From NCBI GenBank assembly GCA_964016885.1, contig OZ024757.1:32488001-32552000 (forward strand): DNA of 64,000 nt. Reading direction: 5' to 3'. The position numbers and the translations under genes are program-made. The stretch comes from Eledone cirrhosa. Its lineage: Eukaryota. Below the pieces are notes generated by a model, which had not been told where the DNA came from, searched no databases, and saw only the letters and a program-made list of their open reading frames with translations. Below, in pieces: positions 25,550 to 40,446 of the stretch. Positions within the stretch are counted from its first letter, which is position 1; each line of letters opens with the position of its first letter.

Positions 25550-26936
25550 CAGACACGCCAACCTCTAAAAACCCAAGCGGGGAGTACCATGAGAAAAAGT
25601 GCCCCAAAACGGCGAAAAATGAAGCAAAATGGGAAGATTTTCCATAATGAAAGCTATATATAACATTTTCACAAGAGATGTTACATAATGAAAGCTATAT
25701 ATAACATTTTCACAAGAAATTTTACATAATGAAAGCTATATATAACATTTTCACAAGAGATTTTACATAATGAAAGCTATATATAACATTTTCACAAGAA
25801 ATTTTACATAATGAAAGCTATATATAACATTTTCACAAGAGATGTTACATAATGAAAGCTATATATAACATTTTCACAAGAGATGTTACATAATGAAAGC
25901 TATATATAACATTTTCACAAGAGATGCTACATAATGAAAGCTATATATAACATTTTCACAAGAGATGTTACATAATGAAAGCTATATATAACATTTTCAC
26001 AAGAGATGTTACATAATGAAAGCTATATATAACATTTTCACAAGAGATGTTACATAATGAAAGCTATATATAACATTTTCACAAGAGATGTTACATAATG
26101 AAAGCTATATATAACATTTTCACAAGAGATGTTACATAATGAAAGCTATATATAACATTTTCACAAGAGATTTTACATAATGAAAGCTATATATAACATT
26201 TTCACAAGAGATGCTACATAATGAAAGCTATATATAACATTTTCACAAGAGATTTTACATAATGAAAGCTATATATAACATTTTCACAAGAGATTTTACA
26301 TAATGAAAGCTATATATAACATTTTCACAAGAGATGCTACATAATGAAAGCTATATATAACATTTTCACAAGAGATTTTACATAATGAAAGCTATATATA
26401 ACATTTTCACAAGAGATTTTACATAATGAAAGCTATATATAACATTTTCACAAGAGATTTTACATAATGAAAGCTATATATAACATTTTCACAAGAGATT
26501 TTACATAATGAAAGCTATATATAACATTTTCACAAGAGATTTTACATAATGAAAGCTATATATAACATTTTCACAAGAGATGCTACATAATGAATGCTAT
26601 ATATAACATTTTCACAAGAGATTTTACATAATGAAACCTATATATAACATTTTCACAAGAGATGCTACATAATGAAAGCTATATATAACATTTTCACAAG
26701 AGATTTTACATAATGAAAGCTATATATAACATTTTCACAAGAGATTTTACATAATGAAAGCTATATATAACATTTTCACAAGAGATTTTACATAATGAAA
26801 GCTATATATAACATTTTCACAAGAGATTTTACATAATGAAAGCTATATATAACATTTTCACAAGAGAAGCAATCCTTCACCCACTCCAAAGTGGGTGGGA
26901 GATCTTCCCGTTGGATGGGGAGAGTTGACAGGTCTT
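25550..26936. mobile_element. Non-autonomous DNA transposon with 6-bp TSD and internal minisatellite
   Basis: Imperfect TIRs CAGACACGCCAAC / GTTGACAGGTCTT. CCTAGG duplicated at 25544-25549 and 26937-26942. It interrupts a repeat whose uninterrupted versions lie at ~27040-27150 and ~27285-27400. Confidence 0.8.
25643..26867. repeat. 41-bp minisatellite, ~30 copies
   Basis: CATAATGAAAGCTATATATAACATTTTCACAAGAGAT(G/T)(T/C)TA in tandem. Confidence 0.97.
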
Positions 26937-27559
26937 CCTAGGATCAAATAACATAATGGCAGATAGACTACTTAAACCCTACAAATGGTTTTTAGTCAAA
27001 ACTTCGTTAGTCATAAATCATACCAAAAGGTTGGATGGTCACGGCTGGAATATTTTTGATCATAGGTCTGCTCAACCAGGCCTGACCTTGGGCTAAACAA
27101 CAACATGAGGACGGATAGACTACTTAAAAACCTTACAAATGGTTTTAGTCATAACCAACTTAGTTAGTCATAAATAATTGTTTCTACTTTTGGCACAAGG
27201 CCAACAAATTACCCAGTACATTACTGGTACTTTATTTTATCGACCCCGTAAGGATAAAAGGCAAAGTTAACCTCGCCAAAAGATTGGATGGTCATGATTG
27301 GAATATCTTTGATCATAAGCCTGCTCAACCAAGCCTGACCTAGGGCTAAACAACAACATGAGAGTGGATAGACTACTTAAGAGCGTTACAAATGGTCTTT
27401 AGTCATAACCGACTTAGTCATGAATCCCAACAAAACGCTTTTCCTCCCCCAAAATCTTAGGGACGCTGTCATTGTTTAAATGTAGAACATTAGATTCTGA
27501 CTCACATGCTTAAGTGTTCATGTTGTTATAGTTGTGGTGTTGGTGGAGAATATAGTGTG

Positions 27560-28890
27560 GTGGGGGTAGGGATAAGGGCAATGGTGAAGGTGGTGGGGAT
27601 GGCGGCAGTGGTGATGGTGATGGTGGTGGTGGTGGTGCTAGTCATGGTTGTGGTGGTGGTGGTGGTGGTTGCGGTGGTGGTGGTGGTGTGGTGGTGGTGT
27701 CGTCAGGGTGGCGGCAGTGGTGATGGTGATGGTGGTGGTGGTGGTGCTAGTCATGGTTGTGGTGGTGGTGGTGGTGGTTGTGATGGTGGTGGTGTCGTCA
27801 GGGTGGCGGCGGTGGTGATGGTGGTGGTGATGGTGGTTGGTGTTGATAGTGGTAGTGGTGGTAGTGGTGGTGATAGTGGTGGTAGTGATGGTGGTGGTGA
27901 TAGGGATAAGGGCGGTGGTGTTGGTAGTGGTGGTGGTGATGGGGTGTGTATTAGTGATGGCAATGATGGTGGTGGTGTGTGAACATATGATGGTGGTGGT
28001 GGTGGTGGTGGTGGTGGTGGTGGTGGTGGTGGTGGTGGTGGTGGTGAGGTGTATGTGTATAATTGTGGTGGTGGCGTGTGCGTGTATAAGTGTGGTGGTG
28101 GCGTGTGTATGCATGATGGTGGTGGAGGTGGTGATGGTGGGGGGTGTATGTATGATGGTGGTGGTGGTGGTCGTGAGGTGTGTATGTATGTGTGTGTGGT
28201 GGTATGTATGTGTGTGGTGGTGGTGGTGGTGGTGGTGGTGAAGTGTGTATGTATGTGTGTGTGATGGTGTGTATGGTGGTGGTGGTGGTGGTGAGGTGTG
28301 TATGTATGTGTGTGTGTGGTGGTGGTGGTGGTGAGGTGTGTATGTATGTGTGTTGTGGTGGTGGTGGTGGTGGTGAGGTGTGTATGTATGTGTGTGTGGT
28401 GGTGGTGGTGAGGTGTGTATGTATGTGTGTGTGGTGGTGTGTATGTGTGTGGTGGTGGCGGTGGTGGTGGTGGTGGTGAGGTGTGTATGTATGTATGTGT
28501 GGTGGTGTGTATGTATGTGTGTGTGGTGGTGTGTATGTATGTGTGTGGTGGTGGTGGTGGTGAGGTGGTGAGGTGTGTATGTGTGTGTGGTGGTGTGTAT
28601 GTGTGTGTGTGATGGTGGTGGTGGTGGTGCTGAGGTGTGTATGTGTGGTGGTGGTGGTGGTGGTGTATGTATGTATGTATGTGTGTGGTGGTGGTGGCGG
28701 TGGTGGTGAGGTGTGTATGTGTGTGTGGTGGTGTGTATGTGTGTGTGTGATGGTGGTGGTGGTGGTGCTGAGGTGTGTATGTGTGGTGGTGGTGGTGGTG
28801 GTGTATGTATGTATGTATGTGTGTGGTGGTGGTGGCGGTGGTGGTGAGGTGTGTATGTATGTGTGTGGTGGTGGTGGTGGTGGTGTATGT
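27560..28890. repeat. (GGT)n/(GT)n compound low-complexity tract
   Basis: Direct reading. Confidence 0.95.
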
Positions 28891-29039
28891 GTTGTTTCCT
28901 GTTATTCAGTACGTCCATGTGGTCCCTGGAGTGACAGGATGAAAGGATTGGTTTCCTCACTCTGTTGAGAATCGAAACAGAGTCCAGCAGAGATCAGACT
29001 GCACTACAGCACTACAGCACTAGCGTCGACCTAGTCCTT

Positions 29040-29119
<80 letters not shown>

Positions 29120-29214
29120 GTATGTATATATATATACGTATATATATATATATATATATATGAATATATATATATATATATATATATATGAATATATATA
29201 TATATATATATATA

Positions 29215-29254
<40 letters not shown>

Positions 29255-29301
29255 TAAATATATATATATAAATATATATATATGTATATATATGTATATA
29301 G

Positions 29302-29367
<66 letters not shown>

Positions 29368-29369
29368 CA

Positions 29370-29441
<72 letters not shown>

Positions 29442-29779
29442 ATGTATATATATATATATATGTATATACATATGTATATACATATATATACATATATATA
29501 CATATATATATATAAATATATATATATGTATATGATGATGATGTTGATGGAAGAGCTGGTCGTAGTGGTGTTTGTGGTTATGCTAGTGGTAGCGGTGGCG
29601 GTGGTGGTGGTGGTGGAGGGTTATGAAGTAGGTGGTGGTGATGTTAGTGGTTCTTGTTGCGGTGGTTGTAATGACGGCGGCGGGGTCGGGGGTCGGGGGG
29701 GGGGGGGCTTGATGATGATATTTGGTAGGAAACCAAAGTGCATATAAACACGTTAAGTAAAGCATCTGTCTTTGAATAG

Positions 29780-29867
29780 GGCTTCGTTATAAAGAATGGT
29801 GAGCTAATGAGAGTTTGGGAAGGGCCAGCACCACGCGAAATGTCATCACCCCCATCAGAGTCTGTTG
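29780..29867 (+). CDS. Candidate internal exon of an unidentified host gene
   Basis: tctttgaatag|[29 protein letters not shown]+G|gtgcgc. Unique island among microsatellites. Confidence 0.4.
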
Positions 29868-29947
29868 GTGCGCATTACGTAAACATACACCCAATATCTA
29901 TATATATATGTTTGTATATATATATATACATATATATATACAAATAG

Positions 29948-29982
<35 letters not shown>

Positions 29983-29985
29983 AAC

Positions 29986-30050
<65 letters not shown>

Positions 30051-30071
30051 AACATTTATAGATATATATAT

Positions 30072-30108
<37 letters not shown>

Positions 30109-30111
30109 AAC

Positions 30112-30147
<36 letters not shown>

Positions 30148-30306
30148 ATATATGTGTATGTGTGTGTGTATATATATATGGAAAAGTGGGGTAATTACCA
30201 ATATATTTATAGATTTTATATGTGTTTATGCCTGTGTCAATATATATATATATCAATATATATATATATATATATATATGGATATATATATGTATAAATA
30301 TATATC

Positions 30307-30385
<79 letters not shown>

Positions 30386-30535
30386 TAATATATATGTGTG
30401 TGTATATTTATATACAGTTATATATACATTTATCACTATACATACATATATATATATATGTGTGTGTGTGTGTATCAATGTATATGTGTGTGTATATATA
30501 TATACAGTTATATATACATTTATCACTATACATAC

Positions 30536-30567
<32 letters not shown>

Positions 30568-31674
30568 GTGGTTAACAGTATGTGGGAATGTTAAAGAGGT
30601 GTATTCCAACAAACAGTCAGGGCTGTCCGTGAGTCTCCATTAAAACAGAGAGCCGTGAGATAACTATGGAGTCACTTGAACATCCCTAACACGTAGCCTT
30701 CCATTGGTTACTGCATACATGGTGGCTGCCAACTCGTTTTCGAGTATGGCCACTACTTTATATCCATGTAGGAGAACCCTATTGATGCGCAGAACGAGTG
30801 TGACTTTTTAGTCCAGCCTGCAACATGAAAACTCTGGCACAAACACTACACTTGTGATAATTACTGACACATAGTGCTGGGCCTATGGTACCATGTGACG
30901 ACAAGTGCAGAGAGATCTCCAGATATAAAGCAATGCCTGTGCCGTGAAGCTTTTATAGTGAGCAAAGGCACTGCACAAAGCCAGTCCCACTCTCTTAACC
31001 AAGATGATATTTATCAAAAAGAAGAACAAGTCAACATCATTGGATACCATCAGGGTTGCAGGTGTTATATCAGAGTTTTCCTTCTCCTAGAATTCTGCCT
31101 TGACAAAGGCTAAGGGGTCATATCTCCCGGTGATTTTGGATGGCCATTGACTCTTAAGAGCTCCTTTGCCCTTTGACAGGTTTTGTTTTTAGTCCTGCAG
31201 GATGTCCAAAGTCACCCTCCTCACCAAGAAACCTTGGTGGGGTTGCCAGTTTAGTCGCCAACGACCCGACCATGAGACAGGTTGTACTGGGATACATGTT
31301 ACCAGTAGCACCAGCTGGTGACCTGACATACATACACACATATATAGACACAGATACACACACACACACACACACATAGGCACATACACATATATACATA
31401 CGCACACACACATATATATACATACACAAACGCACACAAACACATATATATATATATACATACACAAATGAACATATACACACATATGCTCATAAATATA
31501 TATACATATGCGCAAACACACACATATATTCACATATACAAACGCACACACACAAACACACATATATATATATACACATATACAAATACACATATACACA
31601 CACACACATATGCACAGCGTCCAGACACGTAGTGATTGACCAAAAGAAAAACAACAACAGCAACAATAATATTA

Positions 31675-32190
31675 ATTGTTTCTACTTTTGGCACAAGGCC
31701 AGCAATTATTTGAACTCAGACCATAAAGGGCCGTAACTCTATGCTGCAAAGCATGTCGTCCGACCCTCTACCGATACTGCCAATCCACAGCCCTAATAAT
31801 AATTGTTTCTACTTTAGGCACAAGGCCAGCAATTACCCAGTGCATTACTGGTACTTTATTTTATCGACCCCGTAAGGATGAAAGGCAAAGTCAACCTCGG
31901 CGGGATTTGAACTCAGATCGTAAAGGGACGTAACTATGCTGGAAAGCATGGTGTCCGACCCTCTACCGATACTGCCAATCTACTGCCCTAATAATAATTG
32001 TTTCTAGTTTTGGCACAAGGCCAACAAATACCCAGTACATTACTGGTACTTTATTTTATCGACCCCGTAAGGATGAAAGGCAAAGTTGACCTCGGCAGGA
32101 TTTGTACTCAGACCATAAAGGGCCGTAACTCTATGCTCCAAAGCATGGCGTCCGACCCCCTACCGATACTGCCAATCTACTGCCCTAATA
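31675..32190 (-). mobile_element. Stack of 3 SINE family 1 copies
   Basis: Head-to-tail copies with (TAA)n spacers. Confidence 0.85.
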
Positions 32191-32320
32191 ATAATAATAA
32201 TTATAATAATTACAGTATTTTACCCCAGTGGAACTATTGGAAATAACAAAAGACACGCCTGTGTTACATACACATATACTTGTGTATGTGTGTGTGTATA
32301 TATATATATATATGTATCTA

Positions 32321-32361
<41 letters not shown>

Positions 32362-32363
<2 letters not shown>

Positions 32364-32510
32364 CAAAGGAACAAAGGAAATGTGGTAAGGAGCCAGATGG
32401 ACCATAACGCACCAAAGTACTCAATACTTAGGGTAGTAGAGTGGGAAATAGGAAAAAGTATGACCTCGACGGCAGAGCTCAAGCCGTTTCGACAGCTATT
32501 TCTGGACTCT
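32362..32510 (-). mobile_element. Penelope-like family A, single-arm copy
   Basis: Similar to 21172-21312. Confidence 0.65.
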
Positions 32511-32632
32511 ATATATATATGTGTGTATATATATACATATATATGTGTGTGTGTGTGTGTGTATGTCTTTATGTATGTGTGTATAAATAAATAATATATA
32601 TACACATACATTTCTATGTGTGTGGATGTGTG

Positions 32633-32743
<111 letters not shown>

Positions 32744-32887
32744 CTTTATGTATGTGTGTATAAATAAACAATACAAATACTATACATATGTGTGTGTGTG
32801 AATGCGTATATATATATGTATTTATGCATGTATGGTAGGTATGTATAAATAAACAATATATACACACACACATCTATGTGTGTGTAC

Positions 32888-32931
<44 letters not shown>

Positions 32932-32985
32932 ATATATGTATATATATGTATGTATAAATAAATAAACAATATATACACACACGTC

Positions 32986-33036
<51 letters not shown>

Positions 33037-33229
33037 ATTTATGTATGTATGTATAAATAAATAAACAATATGTACATACGTATGCACGCAAGGTCCCACG
33101 TACTCCACTCTATATACACCCTGTCAGTGAAAAACCAATACTATATAATGTTATTATTGTTACTAGAGTGTCAATTAGTCTATTTCATCTAATGACCAAC
33201 AACAACAACAATAACAATAATAATAATGG

Positions 33230-33820
33230 CGTCTATTTTTGTCACAAGGCCAGCATTTGAAAAAGAAGGGGAAAGCCGATTATAATAAGCCTCAGTGCAT
33301 TACTGGTACTTTATTTAATTGACCCACGCAAGGGTGAAAGGCAAAGTTAACCTCGGCGGGATTTGAACTCAATGTATTTGCTTCGTATTTACCTAGTTGA
33401 TGTTGTCTTAATTCCATGAAATAGTTTTGATTCTATGTTAGAAACCGGCTCTCTGTTGGTGAACATTTATAAGATAAGGGTTTCTGATTTAGGCACAAGG
33501 CCAACATATTTAGGGGTGGGAAAAGTCCATTAAATCGAGCCCAGTGCGTTACTTGTACTTTACTTTATTGACCCCGTAAGGATGAAAGGCAAAGCTAACC
33601 TAGGCGGGATTTGAACTGAATAATAATTCTTTCTACTTTTGGCACAAGGCCAGCAATTTTAAAGAAAGAGGATAGTTGATTATATCGACCACTACCCCCA
33701 GTGCATTACTGGTAATTTATTTTATCGATCCCATAAGGATGAAAGGCAAAGCTGACCTCGGCGAGATTTTATCCCAGAACGTAAAAGACCGTAACTATAT
33801 GCCGCAAATCATGTTATTTC
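33230..33820 (-). mobile_element. Cluster of SINE family 1 copies
   Basis: Three bodies at ~33235, 33480 and 33625. Confidence 0.75.
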
Positions 33821-33859
33821 AACGGAGAGGAATGGAAGTTGATTAAACATATTTTGTAT

Positions 33860-35045
33860 ATATGAGTTACGATATCACTTGTGCCAGGCTGCATCAGCCT
33901 TCGACTTTCTCTTGGACAATATCATATATAGTGTATATATTGTGTATATATGTGTCAATCCCGCCGAGGTTAACTTTGCCTTTCATCCTTACGGGGTCGA
34001 TAAAATAAAGCACCAGTAATGCACTGGGATAATTGCTGGCCTTGTGTCAAAAGTAGAAACAGTTATTACTGGTGTCAAGCTGTATCAGCCTTTCCTTTCT
34101 CTTTGACAATATCATATATAGTGTATATATGAGTTACTATATCACTGAGGCCAAGCTATATCGGCCTTTGACTTCCATTGGACGACATCATATGTAGTGT
34201 ATTTATATATATGTGTCACGGTATTACTGGTGCCAAGCTGTATCGGCCTTCGCTTTCCCTTGGACAACATTATATATAGTGTATATATGTATCCGCCTTC
34301 GCCGTTCTCTTGGACAAAATCATATATAGTGTATATATAGTGAACATATGAGTTACTATACCGCTGGTGCCAAGCTGTACAGGATTTTGCTTTCCCTTGG
34401 ACAGCATCATATGTAATTTATATATTGTGTATATGAGTTGCGATGTCACTGGTGCCAAGCTGTGTCGGACTTTACCTTTCGTTGGACAACATCGTATGTA
34501 ATGTATATATATATATAGGGTATATATTAGTTACTATATCACTGGTGCCAAGCCGTATCGTACTTTACCTTCCCTTGGACATCACATATAGTGTATATAT
34601 ATAGGGTATATATTAGTTAATATATCACTGGTGCCAAGCCGTATCGGAATTTACCTTTCTCTTGGACAAGATCATATATAGTGTATATATATAGGGTATA
34701 TATTAGTTAATATATCACTGGTGCCAAGCCGTATCGTACTTTACCTTCCCTTGGACATCACATATAGTGTATATATATAGGGTATATATTAGTTAATATA
34801 TCACTAGTGCCAAGCCGTATCGGCCTTTACCTTTCTCTTGGACAAGATCATATATAGTGTATATATAAGTTGCGATGTCATTGGTGACAAGCTTTGCCTT
34901 CCCTTGGACAAATCGATAGCATGGGGTGAGACAACTCGCACGCATGGGCTACTGTTTCTCTTCCACAAAAACACTTCCCCTGGGCTTGTGCCACAGAGAG
35001 GAACTTCCTAAGTGCAATCCCAAGGTCATCCATGACCAAAGAGGT
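33860..35045 (+). repeat. SINE family 2-derived satellite (~60-90 bp units, ~13 copies) ending in the SINE 3' region
   Basis: Repeated CACTGGTGCCAAGCTGTATCGGCCTT...CCCTTGGACAACATC matches 21763-21812. 34910-35045 matches 21815-21960. Confidence 0.85.
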
Positions 35046-35601
35046 GGGATATGGGACCTTTCCTTCTTCCTACCTCTTAATGGCTTCTGAAAATTGTTTG
35101 TAATCGCGGACCTAAAAGCTTCCCCGTGAACACTGATCGGGTTCGCATCGTCAACTCCTAGATTTGTTCCCAGGCTCTCCTAAACTTAAGCACTCTACCA
35201 CCCCTTTCTAAAAAAAAAAAAATGCTAGGGTTGAAGTTCTGCCGAACTCATTGCCCAGGTGGTAGGGTGCAATAAACACCTGGCTACATTACAGAAGCTG
35301 AACATTTAATTGCTATAGCGTTAATTACTCTCCACCTAATGAGAGCCTGGTAACAGTAATAGTGATGCTGCTAATGATGATGATGACGAAGGTGGTGATG
35401 ATGATGATGATGGTGTCGATGGAGATTTACACCACTACAACTACCACTACTACTACTACTACTACCATCATCAATAATAATTGTTTCTAATTTAGCACAA
35501 GGCCAGCAATTTGAACGGAACGAATAAATGATAACAATATTAACAGTATTAATAACAACAATAAAGAAAATATATAGAGGTGGTGGTGGTGTTGCTGGTG
35601 G

Positions 35602-35642
<41 letters not shown>

Positions 35643-35778
35643 ATACATACATACATACATACATATATATACATACATATGTACATACATACATATATAC
35701 ATATATATATATACATACATATATGTACATATATATATACATACATATATATATACATACATATATGTACATATATAT

Positions 35779-35833
<55 letters not shown>

Positions 35834-35864
35834 CATATATATATACATACACATATATATATAC

Positions 35865-35895
<31 letters not shown>

Positions 35896-35986
35896 CATAC
35901 ATATATATATACGTATATATATATATATATACATATGCATACGTATATACACATACATATATATATATACATATGCATACGTATAT

Positions 35987-36046
<60 letters not shown>

Positions 36047-36201
36047 ACATACATATATCTATGCACACTCATAAAGAAGAAGAAGAAGAAGAAGAAGAAG
36101 AAGAAGAAGAAGAAGAAGAAGAAGAAGAAGAAGAAGAAGAAGATGGCAGCAAAGCTACTTATCGTAATGACTGTTATGATAAGAATAATTAGGATAACCA
36201 C

Positions 36202-36241
<40 letters not shown>

Positions 36242-36882
36242 GTAATAATAATAAAAAAATAAAAAATAATAATAATAATAACCATAACAACAACAACACC
36301 AATAACAACAATAGTAACAAAATAATAACAAAATAATAATCAATATCAATATTATGATAATGATGATGAAAGTAAACAAAATGATTCAGCAAAACACTAA
36401 TTTTGATAATGAGTTCTTTTATATTCATTGTGATAAAGATAACAATCCTCTGGTCGAGGATCTTAAGGACTCAATCATGAGGTGCTAGGATCAGTCCCAC
36501 TGTGTGACACCTGAATAAGTGTCTGTGCCCATACATTGATAGATACTTTACGAAAAACACGCATGCACACGCACACGCACACACACACACACACACGCTC
36601 ATAATTATACAAATAGAAAAACCGATCGATTGCGGCGTTTCTGCTAGTATGTATTGGGTCGTCAAGTATGAAATTTGTAGAAATTTGTAGAAAAAAAAAC
36701 AAATTTCTACAAATTTAATACTTGACGACCCAATAATATTATTTCGCTTGAATTCAGATGTTAAGTGTGTCGGTTATAAGAATATATTTTGAAACTGGTG
36801 TTGTGCACTTTGTACCTTGTACTTCATATATATATATATACACACAGTTATATATATATATATATACACATTTATTTATATA

Positions 36883-36933
<51 letters not shown>

Positions 36934-36935
<2 letters not shown>

Positions 36936-36970
36936 GCTGACGATAGCTAATAAGCTTGAAACTTGTACAT
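36934..36970 (+). ncRNA. Minimal type I hammerhead ribozyme motif
   Basis: ATG-CTGACGA-T AGCT AATA AGCT T-GAAAC-TT-GTA-CAT. Stem I ATG/CAT, intact core, very short stem III. Confidence 0.65.
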
Positions 36971-37275
36971 CGTTCCTGTGTCAGTGTTGAACAAAAAGGT
37001 GACGTGGCTGCCTAAACACTGTACGGCGTAATTCGGGCTGTTTGTTTGTTTACAAACAAACAAACCGAGCATCATAATAAATGTTCGGTAAACCGATACG
37101 TGCATATATATATATATGTGTGCACGTATGTATATATATATACATACTACTATACGTCTGTATACATATATGTATGTACGTATACATACATACATACTTA
37201 CATTCAAGTAAGTGCCGCACTAACAGTGAGAAATGAAATTTCGTTTCATTCTATTCCATTTATATAGATATATAC

Positions 37276-37312
<37 letters not shown>

Positions 37313-37316
<4 letters not shown>

Positions 37317-37503
37317 AGTAAGTAAGACCCCGACGGCTGAGCTCAAGCCGTTTCGACGGCTAATTCTGTACAGAATTAGCCGTCGAAACGGCTTGAGCTC
37401 AGCCGTCGGGGTCTTACTTACACCTATTACCCACTCTACTACCCTAAGTATTCAGTACTTTGGTGCGTAATGGTCCACCTGGTTCCTTACCACTTTTCCC
37501 TCG

Positions 37504-37505
<2 letters not shown>
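37313..37505 (+). mobile_element. Penelope-like family A, palindromic copy
   Basis: Loopless palindrome 37318-37421 centred on TGTACA, plus the family tail. Confidence 0.65.
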
Positions 37506-37550
<45 letters not shown>

Positions 37551-37841
37551 CACATATAACTATATATATCTATACACACTTATATATACATACATACATA
37601 TATATAGAAAGACAGTCACTCACACATACATATATGTAAGTGTGCATACGTACATATATCTATACACACACTCAGATATGTCCACGTCATTAAACATAGC
37701 TTCTGTATCTGTTCCACTTTAATAAATCTGATTAACCGAATCCCTCACATCAAACGTTCAGAGTCAATGGTGCCTGCAAGCGGCGGTGTGCCACACTATA
37801 CATCAATAGCACACAGACACACACACACACACACACACATA

Positions 37842-37893
<52 letters not shown>

Positions 37894-38243
37894 CATATTC
37901 ATATATATATACATATATATATACATATAAATATATATATACATATTCATATATATATATACATATATATATATATACATATATATGTATATATATATAT
38001 ATATACATATATATACATACATATATATATATATACATATATATATACATATATATATATATACATATATATATACATATATATATATATACATATATAT
38101 ATACATATATATATATATACATATATATATACATATATATATATACATATATATACATATATATATATATATACATAACATATATATATATATATACATA
38201 ACATATATATATATATACATATATATATACATATATATATATG

Positions 38244-38373
<130 letters not shown>

Positions 38374-38525
38374 CATACATATATATATATACATATATAT
38401 ATATACATATACATATACATATATATATATATATATATAATGTCATATGTATCTGTATATATGTGTGACTGTGTGAGTGCATCGATATATATGAATATAT
38501 ATATATATATATATAACGTTTTCAG

Positions 38526-38740
38526 ATTTACTTCACAAGATTCTTGGCGAGAAAACGAGTATTGAAAGAGAAATGTTTATACCGTCCCAAAGTTTCCAGT
38601 TTCCGTCGAAGCTTGTGGCAACTGGATACATTAGCACCACATACTCTTCAGAACACTTAACCATAAAAACTACCAAAACTATAAACACAGAGACGCCATA
38701 CTCGATGGCCTTCGTCCATGCAACTACCCAAATACGTTAA
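38526..38740 (+). CDS. Candidate terminal exon of an unidentified host gene (frame uncertain)
   Basis: Acceptor acgttttcag. The phase-1 frame is open for ~70 codons ([17 protein letters not shown]...TQIR*), followed by ~400 bp of unique UTR-like sequence. Confidence 0.3.
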
Positions 38741-39299
38741 AATCACTATTCAAACCCCAAACTTGAAAATAGACCAAGTAAATTAGAAATGGAAACTAAA
38801 ATACACAAACAGCACTAAATTTATCGTAAATTATTCTACCTGTTTCCGTCTAACATGTAGCCACAATATGGAATCAGTAATGTAATGAACTACAAGGTTT
38901 TTGTGTTACAGATATATAGTAACAGAAAACAAGGTCTGTGTAGGAAGGACGTATACATATACACCAAGTTCGAACACAAAGGAACCAAACTCCCACTCTC
39001 ACTGCCTCCGTCACTCCCGACTGTTAAGCGGAGAACCGACAACTTCCTTCACTACATTTGCTCTGAAAAGCTACTTCCTTTACACCAAACACATACTTGA
39101 ACATATATTAATCTGCTAATATGCACAACACCAAGAAAAAAAGAAAATAATTGTGTCTACTTTTGGCACAAGGCCAGCAATTGTGCGTGTGCGTGTGTGT
39201 GTGTGTATTGGTGTGTGCGTGTGACAGCTCACACCTATGCAGGTTTAGCTGGCCTCCTCCAAGGTATATCTCGTTGGAGGTGTCTGGGGTGATTTAATG

Positions 39300-39660
39300 A
39301 TAGGGACCCCAGTCCTATCATCTCATTTCTACAGCTGAGTAAACTGGAGCAACGTGGAATAAAGTGTCTTGCTCAAGGAAACAACACATCACCCGGTCCG
39401 AGAATTGAACTCACAACCTTTCGATTGCAAGCCCAATACTCTAACCACTAAGCCATGCGCTAGCAATTATCCCAGTGTATTACTGGTACTTTGTTTTATC
39501 GACCCGTAAGGATGAAAGGCAAATTAACCTCGGCGGGATTTGAACTCAGACCATAAAGGGCCTTAACTCTTTGCGGCAAAGCATGGCGTCAGACCCTCTA
39601 CCGATACTGCTAATCCACCACCCTAACATGGCGTCAGACCCTCTACCGATACTGCCAATC
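39300..39660 (-). mobile_element. SINE family 2 head adjacent to a SINE family 1 copy
   Basis: Reverse complement of 10680-10840, then the family 1 body. Confidence 0.8.
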
Positions 39661-40055
39661 CTATAAACAATGAACCATAGTTATCTCACGTAGCTTACCC
39701 AACATAAAATAATAATTATCTGCCCGTAATCCTTTAAACATTACATTAGCTATACTAAGTCACAAAGCAGTGTAGACAAATACAAAATTATTGCAGACAA
39801 TATATTGTATTTAACAAAACAAAACTATAGTAATACTCCTACATTAAACAATTTTTCAAAGGAAAGTGGTCGTGTAGGCGCCACGTCAAAAAGCGCCCAG
39901 TACTCACTGTAAATGAGGTTGGCATTAGGAAGGGCATCCAACTGTAGAAATCAAGCCAAAATCAGATCTGTATGATATGGCCGCCTGAACTAGCATTATC
40001 CACAACAGGACAATTCGTCTAACCCATGCTAGTGTGGAAAATGGATGTAAAACAG

Positions 40056-40095
<40 letters not shown>

Positions 40096-40446
40096 CTACC
40101 CACACCCTTCAAATAAAGTTTCAGCTATATTAACATGTCTTGTACTCTCAGTCGCTTCACGCCATGAAACCGGGATAAGCACCAGCCTAACGATCCTTCT
40201 GGCTTAAGACAAACGAAAACAGCGCAGACATAACGAAAACTAACGCAGACGATATATCATATACTCTCTACAACAAAACATGTTTTACATATGTTAAGCA
40301 TTGCCTAAAATTAAAACCTTATCTATAATAACAATACACCAGACCAATTAAATCAAGACAGAAACCCTTCGTATCATAGATCTTTCAACGGGAATCTCAG
40401 TCCGTATGCATGTATGTTCTGTTCTTTTAATTATTTTATGGCAGTA

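Noticed and set aside
25643-26867. CRISPR-like 41-bp array
   Set aside because: Pure tandem repeat without spacers.
30640-31330. Unique-looking 700-bp block as coding sequence
   Set aside because: No convincing ORF. Parts resemble LINE 5'UTR-type repeat sequence and could not be classified.
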